Assembly (NCBI GenBank): GCA_963664405.1 | Contig: OY761158.1 | Location: 554,038 to 618,037 of the forward strand | Source of the DNA: Thermoanaerobaculia bacterium | GTDB lineage: Bacteria > Acidobacteriota > Thermoanaerobaculia > Multivoradales > Multivoraceae | Length of the DNA: 64,000 nucleotides | Direction of reading: 5' to 3' | Shown: positions 9,287 through 18,433 of the stretch, in pieces | Position numbering within the stretch: the first letter of the stretch is position 1 | Layout of the letters: each line of letters starts with the position of its first letter | Program-made: the position numbers and the translations under genes | Notes under the pieces: model-generated | The model's database searches: none | What the model was told of the DNA's origin: nothing | The model's input: only the letters and a program-made list of their open reading frames with translations

Positions 9287-9862
9287 GTGACGGATCCGCC
9301 CTCCTCCAGCTGGGATGACGCAGCCCTAGTTGACGCCTGCATCAGCGGCAGTCAGGAGGGCTGGGACGCACTAATTCTCAAGTATCAGAACCTGGTGTGG
9401 GCGATCATCCGGCGCAGCGGGGCAGCCAGCGGTGAGGAGGAGGACGCTTTTCAGGCGGTATGGCTCGACGTCTACAACGAGCTCGAGAACCTTCGCAGTC
9501 GAGAGTCTCTGCAAGCCTGGATCGCCACCGTCACCCGCCACAAGTGCTACCACTGGCGCGCCAAGCGTCGAAGACTACCGCAGGGCCTAGACGAGACCTG
9601 GGCCAACGCGATCCCCGACCAAAACGCACTTCCAGAGGAGGCTCTCGAGCGACTCGACCGAGATCAAAAGATTCGGCTGGCCATTCATAGCCTGCAGCCG
9701 GAGTGCCGGGAGCTCCTGGCCCGGCTCTTCCTCAGTGATCCTCCACGGCTCTACCGCGAGATTGCCGAAGAGCTTGGAATGGCGATCGGGTCGATCGGCT
9801 CGCTGCGGTCCCGATGTCTCGAGAGGCTCAAGGAGGAGCTGGTTCGCCAGGGGCTGCCGTAG
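9287..9862 (+). CDS. ECF-type RNA polymerase sigma-70 family factor
   Basis: Region 2 (DAFQAVWLDVYNELENL...LQAWIATVTRHKCYHW) and region 4 (YREIAEELGMAIGSIGSLRSRCLERLK). GTG at 9287 lies just after the upstream stop. The longest ORF starts at 9161. Confidence 0.85.
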   Translation: MTDPPSSSWDDAALVDACISGSQEGWDALILKYQNLVWAIIRRSGAASGEEEDAFQAVWLDVYNELENLRSRESLQAWIATVTRHKCYHWRAKRRRLPQGLDETWANAIPDQNALPEEALERLDRDQKIRLAIHSLQPECRELLARLFLSDPPRLYREIAEELGMAIGSIGSLRSRCLERLKEELVRQGLP

Positions 9863-10181
9863 GCTCGCCCAAGAAGTCCTCCGCCAGGATCGCCGTCGCC
9901 GCTTCGAGCTCGGACGCCGGCACCACCACGTGAACGGACCCCAGAGCGCCAAAGGTCACCGGCTCCTGATGATAGAGCAGAGAGTAGACCTTGGAGCGAA
10001 CACCGCGACTCCGCAGAAGACCCGCCACCAGCGCAGCATCGTGCTCCGTGCCCTCGGTTCTCACCACCTCCCACGCTTCGTCCGCGGGCCGCTCCGGCAG
10101 AGTCTCGACCAAATCGACGAGGCAGTCTGGGCAACGATCGATGCCGGATCGGAACTCGCCATCACAGACCGGACAGAACAA
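9828..10181 (-). CDS. DUF2007-like protein with N-terminal zinc ribbon
   Basis: MFCPVCDGEFRSGIDRCPDC, then a GlnB-like fold segment (AALVAGLLRSRGV...HVVVPASELEAATAIL). TTG start. Confidence 0.65.
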   Translation of the reverse strand: MFCPVCDGEFRSGIDRCPDCLVDLVETLPERPADEAWEVVRTEGTEHDAALVAGLLRSRGVRSKVYSLLYHQEPVTFGALGSVHVVVPASELEAATAILAEDFLGEPTAAPGEPAPP

Positions 10182-10187
10182 GAGTTA

Positions 10188-10347
10188 GTGTCCTGTATCA
10201 GTGGTTCGTTGCATAAATCGCGCAGTCATTTTGTGGGCTGCCAAGGCGCGCCGACGAAGTCATATTGGGTATATTTCGAGGAGGTGCAACGACGGCAGGA
10301 CGCAAAAGGGCCAGCGAGTTATGTGACGAACTACTGGTACAGGACAC
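10188..10347 (+). repeat. TA-flanked palindromic element, copy H1 (conserved-core family)
   Basis: 23-bp arms GTGTCCTGTATCAGTGGTTCGT... pair with ...ACGAACTACTGGTACAGGACAC. Both mismatches are G-T wobbles on the plus strand. Core CAAGGCGCGCCGACGAAGTCATATTGGGTATATTTCGAGGAGGTGCAACG. TA at 10186-87 and 10348-49. Confidence 0.75.
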
Positions 10348-11510
10348 TAGGCTCCCTCTACCAGTCTCCCGACCGACCTCAATACCAGTCCCAACGGTGA
10401 CGAGCTCTCGACCTCGACCTCGAGCTCACCCGGCAATCCATGCTCGAGCACGATCCCGGCAGGCACGCCCGGTTCGATACTGAACTCCACTCGGACCCTG
10501 CCATCGCGGGCCTCTGAGTCTACGTTCGATACTCGAGCCTCGACGCTCCCGTAATGGGTCCATGGGTACCCATCGAGCCGTAGGCGCGCACGTTGCCCCG
10601 GTCGGATGCGACCGACGGCCTTGCCGGGCTCGAACTCGGCCACCACGACATGCCCCCTGTCACTCTCAGGCACGATCGCACAAAGCTGATCGCCCGCCGC
10701 AACGTAGGCGCCCTGGAGAAGAGACTCCGCGATCTTAGCGACCGTACCGCTGACGGGCGCTCTGATCGAGCGTTGCCCGAGCTCTACCTCTAGCCGCTCC
10801 TCGGTTCTTTCAGAAGTGTCGATCGAGCCGCGCAACTGACTTGCCTGCCGGTGCAGACCCTCGATGTCACTCCGGCGATCCCTCTCCTCGATTCGCAGTT
10901 GCTCCTGACGCCGCGCCACCGCCGTACGACGCTGCGACTCGATCGCCTGAGCCATCGCCATCTCCGACTTCGCCTTCTCGAGATCTCGAACCGATTGCAC
11001 CCCCTGCTCTTTCAGTTCCAGGACCTTGGCGTGATTGGAGACCGCGAACTCTCTCGCCGCCTCGGCTTCGTTCAAAGAGGCCTCCAGCTCCTCTACCTCC
11101 AGGCGGGCCGCGTTCTTCAACTGCGCCAGCGCCTTCTCCTCGGAAGCGATCTCGCCGCTGAGGTCGGTCAACTCCGATTCGCTCCCTCTACGCGCGGACT
11201 GCCTCTCGGCCAATTGCAGCTCCTCGGTGCGGGGGTCCAACTCGAGCAGAAGGTCACCGGCTTCGACTCGTCTCCCCAGCGAGATGTGAGTCGCGACAAC
11301 TCTTCCAGATACGGGCGCGGCAACCGCATGGCTCGCGCCACGAACCTCCACCCGAGCCGTCTCACTCACTTCGTAGAGAGAGATGCTGGCGAAGAAGAAC
11401 CACAAGCCCCAGGCGGTCAGGAGCAACAGCGAAGCCACCAGCATGACTGCTGAGAACCGGAACGAATCCGCCTCTAAGGAGCGCGCAGAGCGTGAGAATG
11501 GGATCGCCAT
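10347..11510 (-). CDS. HlyD-family membrane fusion / secretion protein
   Basis: N-terminal TM, long coiled-coil (QLAERQSARR...ELEASLNEAEAARE) and a C-terminal beta-barrel (IRAPVSGTV). 387 aa. Confidence 0.9.
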   Translation of the reverse strand: MAIPFSRSARSLEADSFRFSAVMLVASLLLLTAWGLWFFFASISLYEVSETARVEVRGASHAVAAPVSGRVVATHISLGRRVEAGDLLLELDPRTEELQLAERQSARRGSESELTDLSGEIASEEKALAQLKNAARLEVEELEASLNEAEAAREFAVSNHAKVLELKEQGVQSVRDLEKAKSEMAMAQAIESQRRTAVARRQEQLRIEERDRRSDIEGLHRQASQLRGSIDTSERTEERLEVELGQRSIRAPVSGTVAKIAESLLQGAYVAAGDQLCAIVPESDRGHVVVAEFEPGKAVGRIRPGQRARLRLDGYPWTHYGSVEARVSNVDSEARDGRVRVEFSIEPGVPAGIVLEHGLPGELEVEVESSSPLGLVLRSVGRLVEGA

Positions 11511-11581
11511 CGCCGGGTCTCGGGGCTAAAGAGTCGAGGGGCTAGTTAGAGAAGTATACAGAGGAGCAAATAATGGGCCTA

Positions 11582-13792
11582 TCAGACCACCTCGAGCAGC
11601 GCCCCGTCGTCTCGCCTCGCGACCACTCTCCCGATCCTCGCGACAGGTGTCGCCGCAGCAAGAGACCTCGACAGATCGGGCACCAGCCCGGGATCGACCC
11701 CAAACAGGAGCCCACCCGAAGTCTGCGGATCGAAGAGGAGCTCCAGGCGTGGATCCCCAGTGAGCCTCGGCTCCACCACGATGCCCCTACGAGCGCGCTC
11801 GTTCTCGGCATGAAAGGTACTGCGCAGACCTCGGGCGAGAAGCGCCTCCGCACCCTCGAGAGCAGGAAGGCTGTCGAGCTCCACCGAGCTGCTGGCACCG
11901 CTGGCACGAAGCATCTCGCCCAAGTGACCGGCGAGCCCGAAACCGGTCACATCAGTTGCCGCCTCGACTCCGTAAGATCGCAGCACCTCGAAAGCCGCTG
12001 CGTTGCTTTCGAGCACCGAGAGCAGAGCACCCTCCAGCCAGCGGCCCCGGGCCAGACCTTGCATGTCACTATGGAAGATCACACCAGTGCCCAAACGCTT
12101 GGTCAGGAGCAACTCCTGTCCCTCCCGCAGTGCGTCGAGCCGAAAGAGCGCAGCCTCCGATTCCGCAAAGCCATCGACCGAGAAGCCCACCATCAATCGA
12201 GCTGCCGTCGTGGTGTGGCCGCCGAGAAGCCGAACCCCGAGTGCCCCGAATGCGGCCCTGGCTCCCGACAACGCCTGGAACAGGATCTCTTCCGCCTCCA
12301 CGCTGTCGCTGCTCTCAGGCACCGCAACCAACGCCATGGCGTAGCGCGGTCGCACACCCGTCGCCAGTAGATCGGAGGCAGCGTTTACCGCCGCCGCTCC
12401 GCCAACAGACCAGGCGTCATCCGTAAAGGCGCTGAACATGTCGACACTGGTGGCAAGCAGTTGGCCCCCGGGCATGCGCACCGCCGCTGCATCGTCGGCG
12501 CTATCGAGGCCGAGGACGACATCGCCATCGCCATCGCCATGGTCAGGCCCCACTCGCTCCAATGCGCGCTGAAGCACGGTCTGCCCCACTTTTGCAGCGC
12601 AACCGCCACATAGCATCGACATCTCGCGGTTCATTGCCGGGAACTCCTCCGAGAGCTCTCCCTCCCTGCTCAAAACCTGAAAACGACGCATGAAGCGGCG
12701 ATCAATCCAGTCCTTCAACCGCATCACCCAGCGCCCCTCGAAAGAGAGCCTCCACTTACTACCAATGGCAGTCCCGTCGCCGAGATTGAGCAAGGCAAGG
12801 AAGTCGGACTGCGGCCGATACCGGCGCAGCTCACCCTCGTCGAGGGCGGCGCGAAGGTTGTCGATCAGATAGGGCCCCTGCCGAACCGCATAGACCCCGG
12901 CCTTCGCCGTGCCGGGGTGGTCTCGCAGCGTCGCGCAGTCGCCCACGGCGAAAATATCGTCGTGGCCATCTACCTGTAGGGTTGGCCGCGCGCACACAAA
13001 GCCCTGGGCGTCCACCGTCAGCCCCGAGCCGGCAAACAGGCCATGACCTGCGGCACCCGTGACCCAAAGCAGAAGGTCGAAGTCGACCTCGCCTCCCCCC
13101 TCGAGCAAGACCCGACCCTCCTCCGCGGAGGCGACCTTGGCGCCGCAGCGAACTTCGATACCGCGAGCCTCAGCCCGCTCCATCACCCGCTTCACCAGAC
13201 TTGGTGGCGAGCCCAGCAGGATCCGATCTTCTGCGTGCAGCAGAACGATCTCCACACCTTCAAGCCCCTCCCTTTGCAGCCGGACCTGAAGGGTGAAGGC
13301 CAGCTCGACACCGGCGACGCCGCCCCCCACCAGTACGGCCCTGAATCGGCCGGACTCTGCGTCCGCGCTTGCGCGCTTCACCGCCGCGTCGACAGAGTGA
13401 ACAAAGCGGCCGATGGGACGCGTCGGCCGGGCGTATTCCCGCACTCCGGGCAGGTCGAGTCCGCGCACTGTAGAGCCGACATCGAAAGACACCACATCGT
13501 ATGGAACCGGCGGACGACCGACGAGGAGCACCTTCTTCTCCTCAGGGTCCACGCCTTCCGCGGGCGCGAGAATCACTCGAGCACCGGCACGCCGCGCCAG
13601 AGGCACTACGTCGATCTCGAGCTCGTGCTCGTCGTACTGACCCGCGACGAAGCCCGGGACCATACCGGAGTACACCGCGATCGGCGTGTCGAGGACCACC
13701 GTGATGCGCGTCGCCGCCGGCGGCGCCATCGCGAACCGCCGTAGCACCTGAACGTGGGTGTGCCCGCCGCCGACGAGAACCAGCTCTCGCAT
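11582..13792 (-). CDS. selD: Fusion of FAD-dependent pyridine nucleotide-disulfide oxidoreductase (NADH dehydrogenase-like) and selenide, water dikinase SelD
   Basis: N-terminus LVLVGGGHTHVQ plus a second Rossmann motif VLVGGGVAGVE. C-terminal half MLCGGCAAKVG...ATDVTGFGLAGHL...QTSGGLL is AIR-synthase/SelD-like with the Cys-x2-Lys active-site loop. The longest ORF starts at 13816. Confidence 0.85.
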   Translation of the reverse strand: MRELVLVGGGHTHVQVLRRFAMAPPAATRITVVLDTPIAVYSGMVPGFVAGQYDEHELEIDVVPLARRAGARVILAPAEGVDPEEKKVLLVGRPPVPYDVVSFDVGSTVRGLDLPGVREYARPTRPIGRFVHSVDAAVKRASADAESGRFRAVLVGGGVAGVELAFTLQVRLQREGLEGVEIVLLHAEDRILLGSPPSLVKRVMERAEARGIEVRCGAKVASAEEGRVLLEGGGEVDFDLLLWVTGAAGHGLFAGSGLTVDAQGFVCARPTLQVDGHDDIFAVGDCATLRDHPGTAKAGVYAVRQGPYLIDNLRAALDEGELRRYRPQSDFLALLNLGDGTAIGSKWRLSFEGRWVMRLKDWIDRRFMRRFQVLSREGELSEEFPAMNREMSMLCGGCAAKVGQTVLQRALERVGPDHGDGDGDVVLGLDSADDAAAVRMPGGQLLATSVDMFSAFTDDAWSVGGAAAVNAASDLLATGVRPRYAMALVAVPESSDSVEAEEILFQALSGARAAFGALGVRLLGGHTTTAARLMVGFSVDGFAESEAALFRLDALREGQELLLTKRLGTGVIFHSDMQGLARGRWLEGALLSVLESNAAAFEVLRSYGVEAATDVTGFGLAGHLGEMLRASGASSSVELDSLPALEGAEALLARGLRSTFHAENERARRGIVVEPRLTGDPRLELLFDPQTSGGLLFGVDPGLVPDLSRSLAAATPVARIGRVVARRDDGALLEVV

Positions 13793-13831
13793 ATGAGTCG
13801 GAGTGACCAAATCCACGTACCGGCCCGATCC

Positions 13832-14014
13832 CTATGCGCGCGCCAACTCGACGACGACTCTCGACAAAGCCTGGGTGAAGCCGACCATCTTCGGCAGATC
13901 CCCGGCTTCGGACCAACGATCAGCAGTTTCCGGAGCGGCGAGGAGGTCCTTGCGGGTAACAGCATCTGACCCTAGAGGCAGACGAGTCCGATCCTGTGTC
14001 TGAGGGTTGCTCAT
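13832..14014 (-). CDS. Small hypothetical protein upstream of the selD fusion
   Basis: 60-aa ORF ending 16-40 nt before the selD-fusion start. No similarity recognised. Confidence 0.25.
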   Translation of the reverse strand: MSNPQTQDRTRLPLGSDAVTRKDLLAAPETADRWSEAGDLPKMVGFTQALSRVVVELARA

Positions 14015-14199
14015 CTCGATCTACTTCGACAGGGGCCGCGTCCAGAGCCTACAACAGCCCTGCCCTCAGCTGCTTCCCCTCGAAACCGGGCCACCGGGCT
14101 CGCCTCGCGAGGCTCTCCCAAGCCCAGCCGCTAGCAACGAATATGAGCCACGCCAGCGACGCCATGTAGCGATATGCCAACTTAGTGTGCATACCAAGA

Positions 14200-14229
14200 T
14201 TGACAAAATAATGTACATGCGACTACCAT
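14200..14229 (+). promoter_or_regulatory. Candidate sigma-70 promoter for the TPR gene
   Basis: TTGACA (14200-14205), 18 nt, then TACCAT (14224-14229), in a locally AT-rich patch about 100 nt upstream of ATG 14332. Confidence 0.25.
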
Positions 14230-14331
14230 TTCTTGTTAGTGCCTAGCTCCAAGGCAGGACTTTGAAGCATTAGGCCACTCGCAGGTCCTCTCCGTCCAGA
14301 GAGCCGACCAGGCCACATAGCCGGAACACGC

Positions 14332-14946
14332 ATGACCACCGTACTAAGCCCTCCGACCGCCGAGACCGTCCCAACGCGACGAAAGCTCTTCCAGCAGCAG
14401 TCAGAGATCGGAATCGCCCTGTGCCGGCGCGGAGACTGGGATGGCGGAATCGATCGCCTACTTCGGCTGAAGGAGACCAGCAGCAACGAAGAATGGACAC
14501 CGGGCCTCGCCTCCTCGTACCTCGGCTACGGGCTCGCCTCCCGGCAGAAGAAGTACGACGAGGGCCTCCGCTATTGCGAAGCGGCCGTGCGGAGAGAAGT
14601 CTGGGAGCCAGACACCTACCTCAACCTCGCCCGCACCCATGTTCTTCGCAAAGACCCGAAGCGGGCCGTTTCGGCCCTCGAGCGCGGCCTGCAGATCGAC
14701 CCGGACCACAAAGAGCTCCTGCTCCTCCAAAACAAGCTCGGGAACCGGCGCAAGCTCACTTTCCCCCTCCTGGCACGCGGCCACTTCCTCAATCGGATCG
14801 CCGGAAAGGTCCGGCATGGCTTAGCAACCAATCGCTCGACCAAGGGCGACGCGAAGACGACAGAATCGCCTACCTCGCAGGCGACTAGCCCCGGAACACG
14901 GCCCCCCCTGGTCCGCCCTCCGGCTCAGACCTCCCATAGTAGCTAG
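14332..14946 (+). CDS. Tetratricopeptide-repeat protein
   Basis: TPR-like helices (ASSYLGYGLASRQKKYDEGLRYCEAAV, YLNLARTHVLRKDPKRAVSALERGLQIDPDH). Confidence 0.8.
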   Translation: MTTVLSPPTAETVPTRRKLFQQQSEIGIALCRRGDWDGGIDRLLRLKETSSNEEWTPGLASSYLGYGLASRQKKYDEGLRYCEAAVRREVWEPDTYLNLARTHVLRKDPKRAVSALERGLQIDPDHKELLLLQNKLGNRRKLTFPLLARGHFLNRIAGKVRHGLATNRSTKGDAKTTESPTSQATSPGTRPPLVRPPAQTSHSS

Positions 14947-14965
14947 TGCTAGTCGCCTGCGTCGT

Positions 14966-14985
14966 CGTCTTTTCCCCGGAAGACG
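14966..14985. terminator. Hairpin between convergent genes (possible bidirectional terminator)
   Basis: CGTCTTTT-CCCC-GGAAGACG between the TPR stop (14946) and the lepA stop (15019). The U-tract is weak. Confidence 0.3.
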
Positions 14986-15018
14986 GGCTTTGCCCTGCTC
15001 CGGCCCAGCCTGCTGCGC

Positions 15019-16824
15019 CTAGCTGTCGTCGGAGCGCAGTACCGAGATAAAGGCTTCCTGGGGAATCTCGACGGCACCCACCATCTTCATCCGCTTCTTG
15101 CCTTCTCTCTGTTTCTCGAGCAGCTTTCTCTTCCGGGTGATGTCGCCGCCGTAGCACTTCGCGGTTACGTCCTTGCGAAAGGCATTGATCGTCGCACGAG
15201 CGATAATCTGCCCACCGATCGCTCCCTGAATGGCGATCTTGAACTGCTGGCGCGGGATCGTACCCTTGAGACGCTCGCAGTAGCGAAGCGCCCGAGCCCG
15301 AGCGTGCTCGCGATGAATCAACTGCGACAATGCGTCGACCGACTCGCCGTTGACCAGGATGTCGACCTTGACCAGATCGGTAGCCCGGTAATCCAGGAGC
15401 TCGTAGTCGAAGGAACCGTAGCCCTGGGTCACCGTCTTCAGGCGATCGTAAAAATCGAACAAGACTTCCGCGAGCGGTAACTCGGACGTAAGCTCGACTC
15501 GACCGACAGCCAAGTAATTGTACGTGATCTTCTCGCCACGCCGCTCCCGGCAGAGCTCCATCACCGGGCCTACGTAGCGCTCGGGCATCATGATCGAGCC
15601 CTGGATATAGGGCTCGGTGACGCTCTTGATCTCACTTGGGTCGGGATACAACGAAGGATTGTCGACCTCGATGACGCGGTCGTCACTCATCGTCACCACG
15701 TATCTCACCGAGGGTGCTGAGAGCACCAACGAGAGTCCGTGCTCCCGCTCCAGACGCTCTTGGACGATGTCGAGATGCAGCAGCCCGAGAAAACCGCACC
15801 GAAAGCCAAAGCCAAGGGCAACCGACGAGTCCTTCTGATAGGTCAGCGACGCATCGTTGAGCTTCAGCTTTTCGAGAGCCTTACCCAGATCCGGGTAATC
15901 CACCGAAGATACCGGGTACATTGAAGAGAACACCACCGACTTGGCCTCTCGATATCCCGGAATGGGAGAGCTCGCCGGACTCTCAGCGTCGGTGATCGTG
16001 TCGCCGATGGCGATTTCACTGATGTTCTTGACTCCGGCGATGACATACCCGACGTCCCCTGCAGCGAGCTCGGGCGTAATGTTGCGCTGCAACTGAAGAG
16101 CGCCCACTTCCTCGACTGAGTACTCCTTCTCAGAGTGCATGAGTCGAACCCGCTGTCCCTTTCGCAGGGTACCCTCGGCGATGCGACAGAACAGAATGAC
16201 GCCTCGATAGGGATCGTATTGGGCATCAAATATGAGTGCCTGCAGCGCACCATCCCTGTCACCGGTCGGAGCCGGAAGCTTGTGAATGATCGCTTCGAGC
16301 AGCTCGTCGATACCCTCCCCCGTTTTCGCCGAACAGTGAGCCGCTTCGAAGGGGTCGAGTCCGAGGTCGGCATCGATCTCTTCGTTCACACGCTCGATAT
16401 CGGCCGAGGGTAGGTCGATTTTGTTGATTACAGGCAAGATCTCCAAGTCGTGCTCGAGGGCCAGATATAGATTCGCGACCGTCTGTGCCTCTACGCCTTG
16501 TGCCGCATCGATCAACAGCAGCGCGCCCTCGCACGACATGAGTGAGCGGCGCACCTCGTGCGAAAAGTCGACGTGTCCGGGGGTGTCGATCAGATTCAAC
16601 CGGTACCGCCGACCATCGGCGGCGTCATAGAGCAAGGTGATGGTATTGCTCTTGATCGTGATCCCTCGCTCCCGCTCGATATCCATCGAGTCGAGGATCT
16701 GATCGCGAAAGTCCCGATCCGAGACCCCACCGCAGCGCTGAATCAGACGATCCGCAAGCGTCGACTTGCCGTGGTCGATATGGGCAATGACGCAGAAGTT
16801 GCGAGTGAGCTCGAGATCGTGCAT
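15019..16824 (-). CDS. lepA: Translation elongation factor 4 (LepA)
   Basis: NFCVIAHIDHGKSTLADRL, DTPGHVDF, NKID and the LepA C-terminal domain. 601 aa. Confidence 0.97.
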   Translation of the reverse strand: MHDLELTRNFCVIAHIDHGKSTLADRLIQRCGGVSDRDFRDQILDSMDIERERGITIKSNTITLLYDAADGRRYRLNLIDTPGHVDFSHEVRRSLMSCEGALLLIDAAQGVEAQTVANLYLALEHDLEILPVINKIDLPSADIERVNEEIDADLGLDPFEAAHCSAKTGEGIDELLEAIIHKLPAPTGDRDGALQALIFDAQYDPYRGVILFCRIAEGTLRKGQRVRLMHSEKEYSVEEVGALQLQRNITPELAAGDVGYVIAGVKNISEIAIGDTITDAESPASSPIPGYREAKSVVFSSMYPVSSVDYPDLGKALEKLKLNDASLTYQKDSSVALGFGFRCGFLGLLHLDIVQERLEREHGLSLVLSAPSVRYVVTMSDDRVIEVDNPSLYPDPSEIKSVTEPYIQGSIMMPERYVGPVMELCRERRGEKITYNYLAVGRVELTSELPLAEVLFDFYDRLKTVTQGYGSFDYELLDYRATDLVKVDILVNGESVDALSQLIHREHARARALRYCERLKGTIPRQQFKIAIQGAIGGQIIARATINAFRKDVTAKCYGGDITRKRKLLEKQREGKKRMKMVGAVEIPQEAFISVLRSDDS

Positions 16825-16872
16825 TCGTCGCTCGGAGAATCGAAATTTGTAAGCAAAGGCGAAGAGCCGTCG

Positions 16873-17349
16873 CTAGACGATTGCAGCCTTGATTCCGAGC
16901 TTCTTGCAGATGATCTTCCACTCCGCCGTTGTCACCGGCTGCACCGACAAGCGCTGGCCACGTCGTAGCAGGGCCATCCCCTCGAGCTCGGCCATCTCAC
17001 GCAGATCGGGGAGTGAAAGGATCTCTTCGAGAGCAGCCACGAACTCGATATCCACCATCGACCACCGCGGGTTGTCGGGATCCGACTTCGGGTCGAAGTG
17101 CTTATCTTCCGGGTCGAACTGGGTGTGATCGGTATATGCCTCTTTGCAGACTCTAGCGACCCCGACGATTCCAGGTGGTTTCGCGACGGAGTGATAAAAC
17201 AGCACCCCGTCCCCCACTTTCATCGAGCGCATCAAGTTGCGCGCCTGATAATTGCGGACCCCGTCCCAGTAGATCGACTTGTCTCTCTCGAGATCCGAGA
17301 TCGAGTAGTCCCCGGGCTCCGTCTTCATCAGCCAGTAGCGTTTCGCCAC
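16873..17349 (-). CDS. EVE-domain protein
   Basis: VAKRYWLMKTEPGDYSISDLERDKSIYWDGVRNYQARNLMRSMKVGDGVLFYHS. The longest ORF (to 17490) overlaps msrP and is rejected. Confidence 0.85.
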   Translation of the reverse strand: MAKRYWLMKTEPGDYSISDLERDKSIYWDGVRNYQARNLMRSMKVGDGVLFYHSVAKPPGIVGVARVCKEAYTDHTQFDPEDKHFDPKSDPDNPRWSMVDIEFVAALEEILSLPDLREMAELEGMALLRRGQRLSVQPVTTAEWKIICKKLGIKAAIV

Positions 17350-17360
17350 AATCGACTCCC

Positions 17361-18374
17361 TCAACGCGCGATCTGCCCCTCGCGCAGCGGTTGCTGCGGA
17401 GAGCGCGGCTCGTCCGGATAGAGATCGGCAACGTACTCTTCGTAGCCGTTGAACATCGCAGTGTCGAAAGCCTGGTTCGTATCCAGCCAATACGACTGAG
17501 CCTGACTCCAGCGAGGATGAGGGATGTTGGGATTGACGTTGGAGATGAAGCCGTACTCGTGAGCTTGCACCTGCCAGAAGGTCCGGGGCTCCTTGGCGAC
17601 GAGCTTGATTTTGACGATCGACTTCGGGCTCTTGTAACCAAACTTCCAGGGGACGGCAATACGAATTGGCGCGCCGTGTTGTTTCGGCAACGGCTCACCG
17701 TAGACGCCGGTGACCACCATCGCCAAATCGTTCATCGCTTCGTCGAGCCGCAAGGCCTCGTGATAGGGCCACGGGTACCAATGCGCCTCGACCATACCCG
17801 GCATCTGCGCGGCTCGGCTCACGGTCTCGAAACGTACGAACTTCGCTTTCGCCGTCGGCTCGACCTTGTCGAGAAGCAGGCGCAGTGGGAAGCCACTCCA
17901 CGGAACATTCATCGCCCAGCGCTCGACGCAGCGAAAGTGATACAAGCGCTCTTCGTGGGGGAAGGAGAAGAGATCATCGAGGTCGAGCGTCATCGGCTTC
18001 GCACACAAGCCGCTGATCTCGATCTTCCAAGGCTCGACCACGAAGTCGTCGACATGCCGCCAGACCGGCCCCCCACGCCCAGGGAGGAACTCATAGAAGT
18101 TGTTGTGACTGCCGGCCGTCAGTCTCGGGGTCAACTCCTGGCGGAGTCCTTCCGGCAACTCGTACTCTTCGTTCCGCTTCGCCGGAAAAACCTTCGAACG
18201 GGAAAGAGCGGGCCGGACAATGCGCGCCGCCTCATCCTGCGCAAAACCGGCCCCAGGGAGTGCCGTAGCGGCGATTCCTGCACCGGCGGCAACCAAAAAC
18301 CTGCGCCGATCGAAGAAAACTTCCGATGACGTTGCTTGACGGTCCAGAATTGTCGGCTCGAAGCGCTTAGACAT
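17361..18374 (-). CDS. msrP: Protein-methionine-sulfoxide reductase catalytic subunit MsrP (YedY-type molybdoenzyme)
   Basis: Tat signal RRRFLVAAGAGIAATALPGAGFA. Oxidoreductase molybdopterin-binding fold. AAGGAGG lies 5 nt upstream of ATG 18374. Confidence 0.9.
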   Translation of the reverse strand: MSKRFEPTILDRQATSSEVFFDRRRFLVAAGAGIAATALPGAGFAQDEAARIVRPALSRSKVFPAKRNEEYELPEGLRQELTPRLTAGSHNNFYEFLPGRGGPVWRHVDDFVVEPWKIEISGLCAKPMTLDLDDLFSFPHEERLYHFRCVERWAMNVPWSGFPLRLLLDKVEPTAKAKFVRFETVSRAAQMPGMVEAHWYPWPYHEALRLDEAMNDLAMVVTGVYGEPLPKQHGAPIRIAVPWKFGYKSPKSIVKIKLVAKEPRTFWQVQAHEYGFISNVNPNIPHPRWSQAQSYWLDTNQAFDTAMFNGYEEYVADLYPDEPRSPQQPLREGQIAR

Positions 18375-18433
18375 AGCCCCTCCTTGGATGCTCATTGTAG
18401 CGCGCGGCCGCCGATGACTGGCAGACGAGTCGC

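Noticed and set aside
16873-17490. Long forms of several ORFs (16873-17490, 19289-20161, 22112-22822, 46367-47947, 34854-35930, 57583-60324)
   Set aside because: The extensions overlap upstream genes or lack similarity. Internal starts coincide with family N-termini, signal peptides or RBS motifs.
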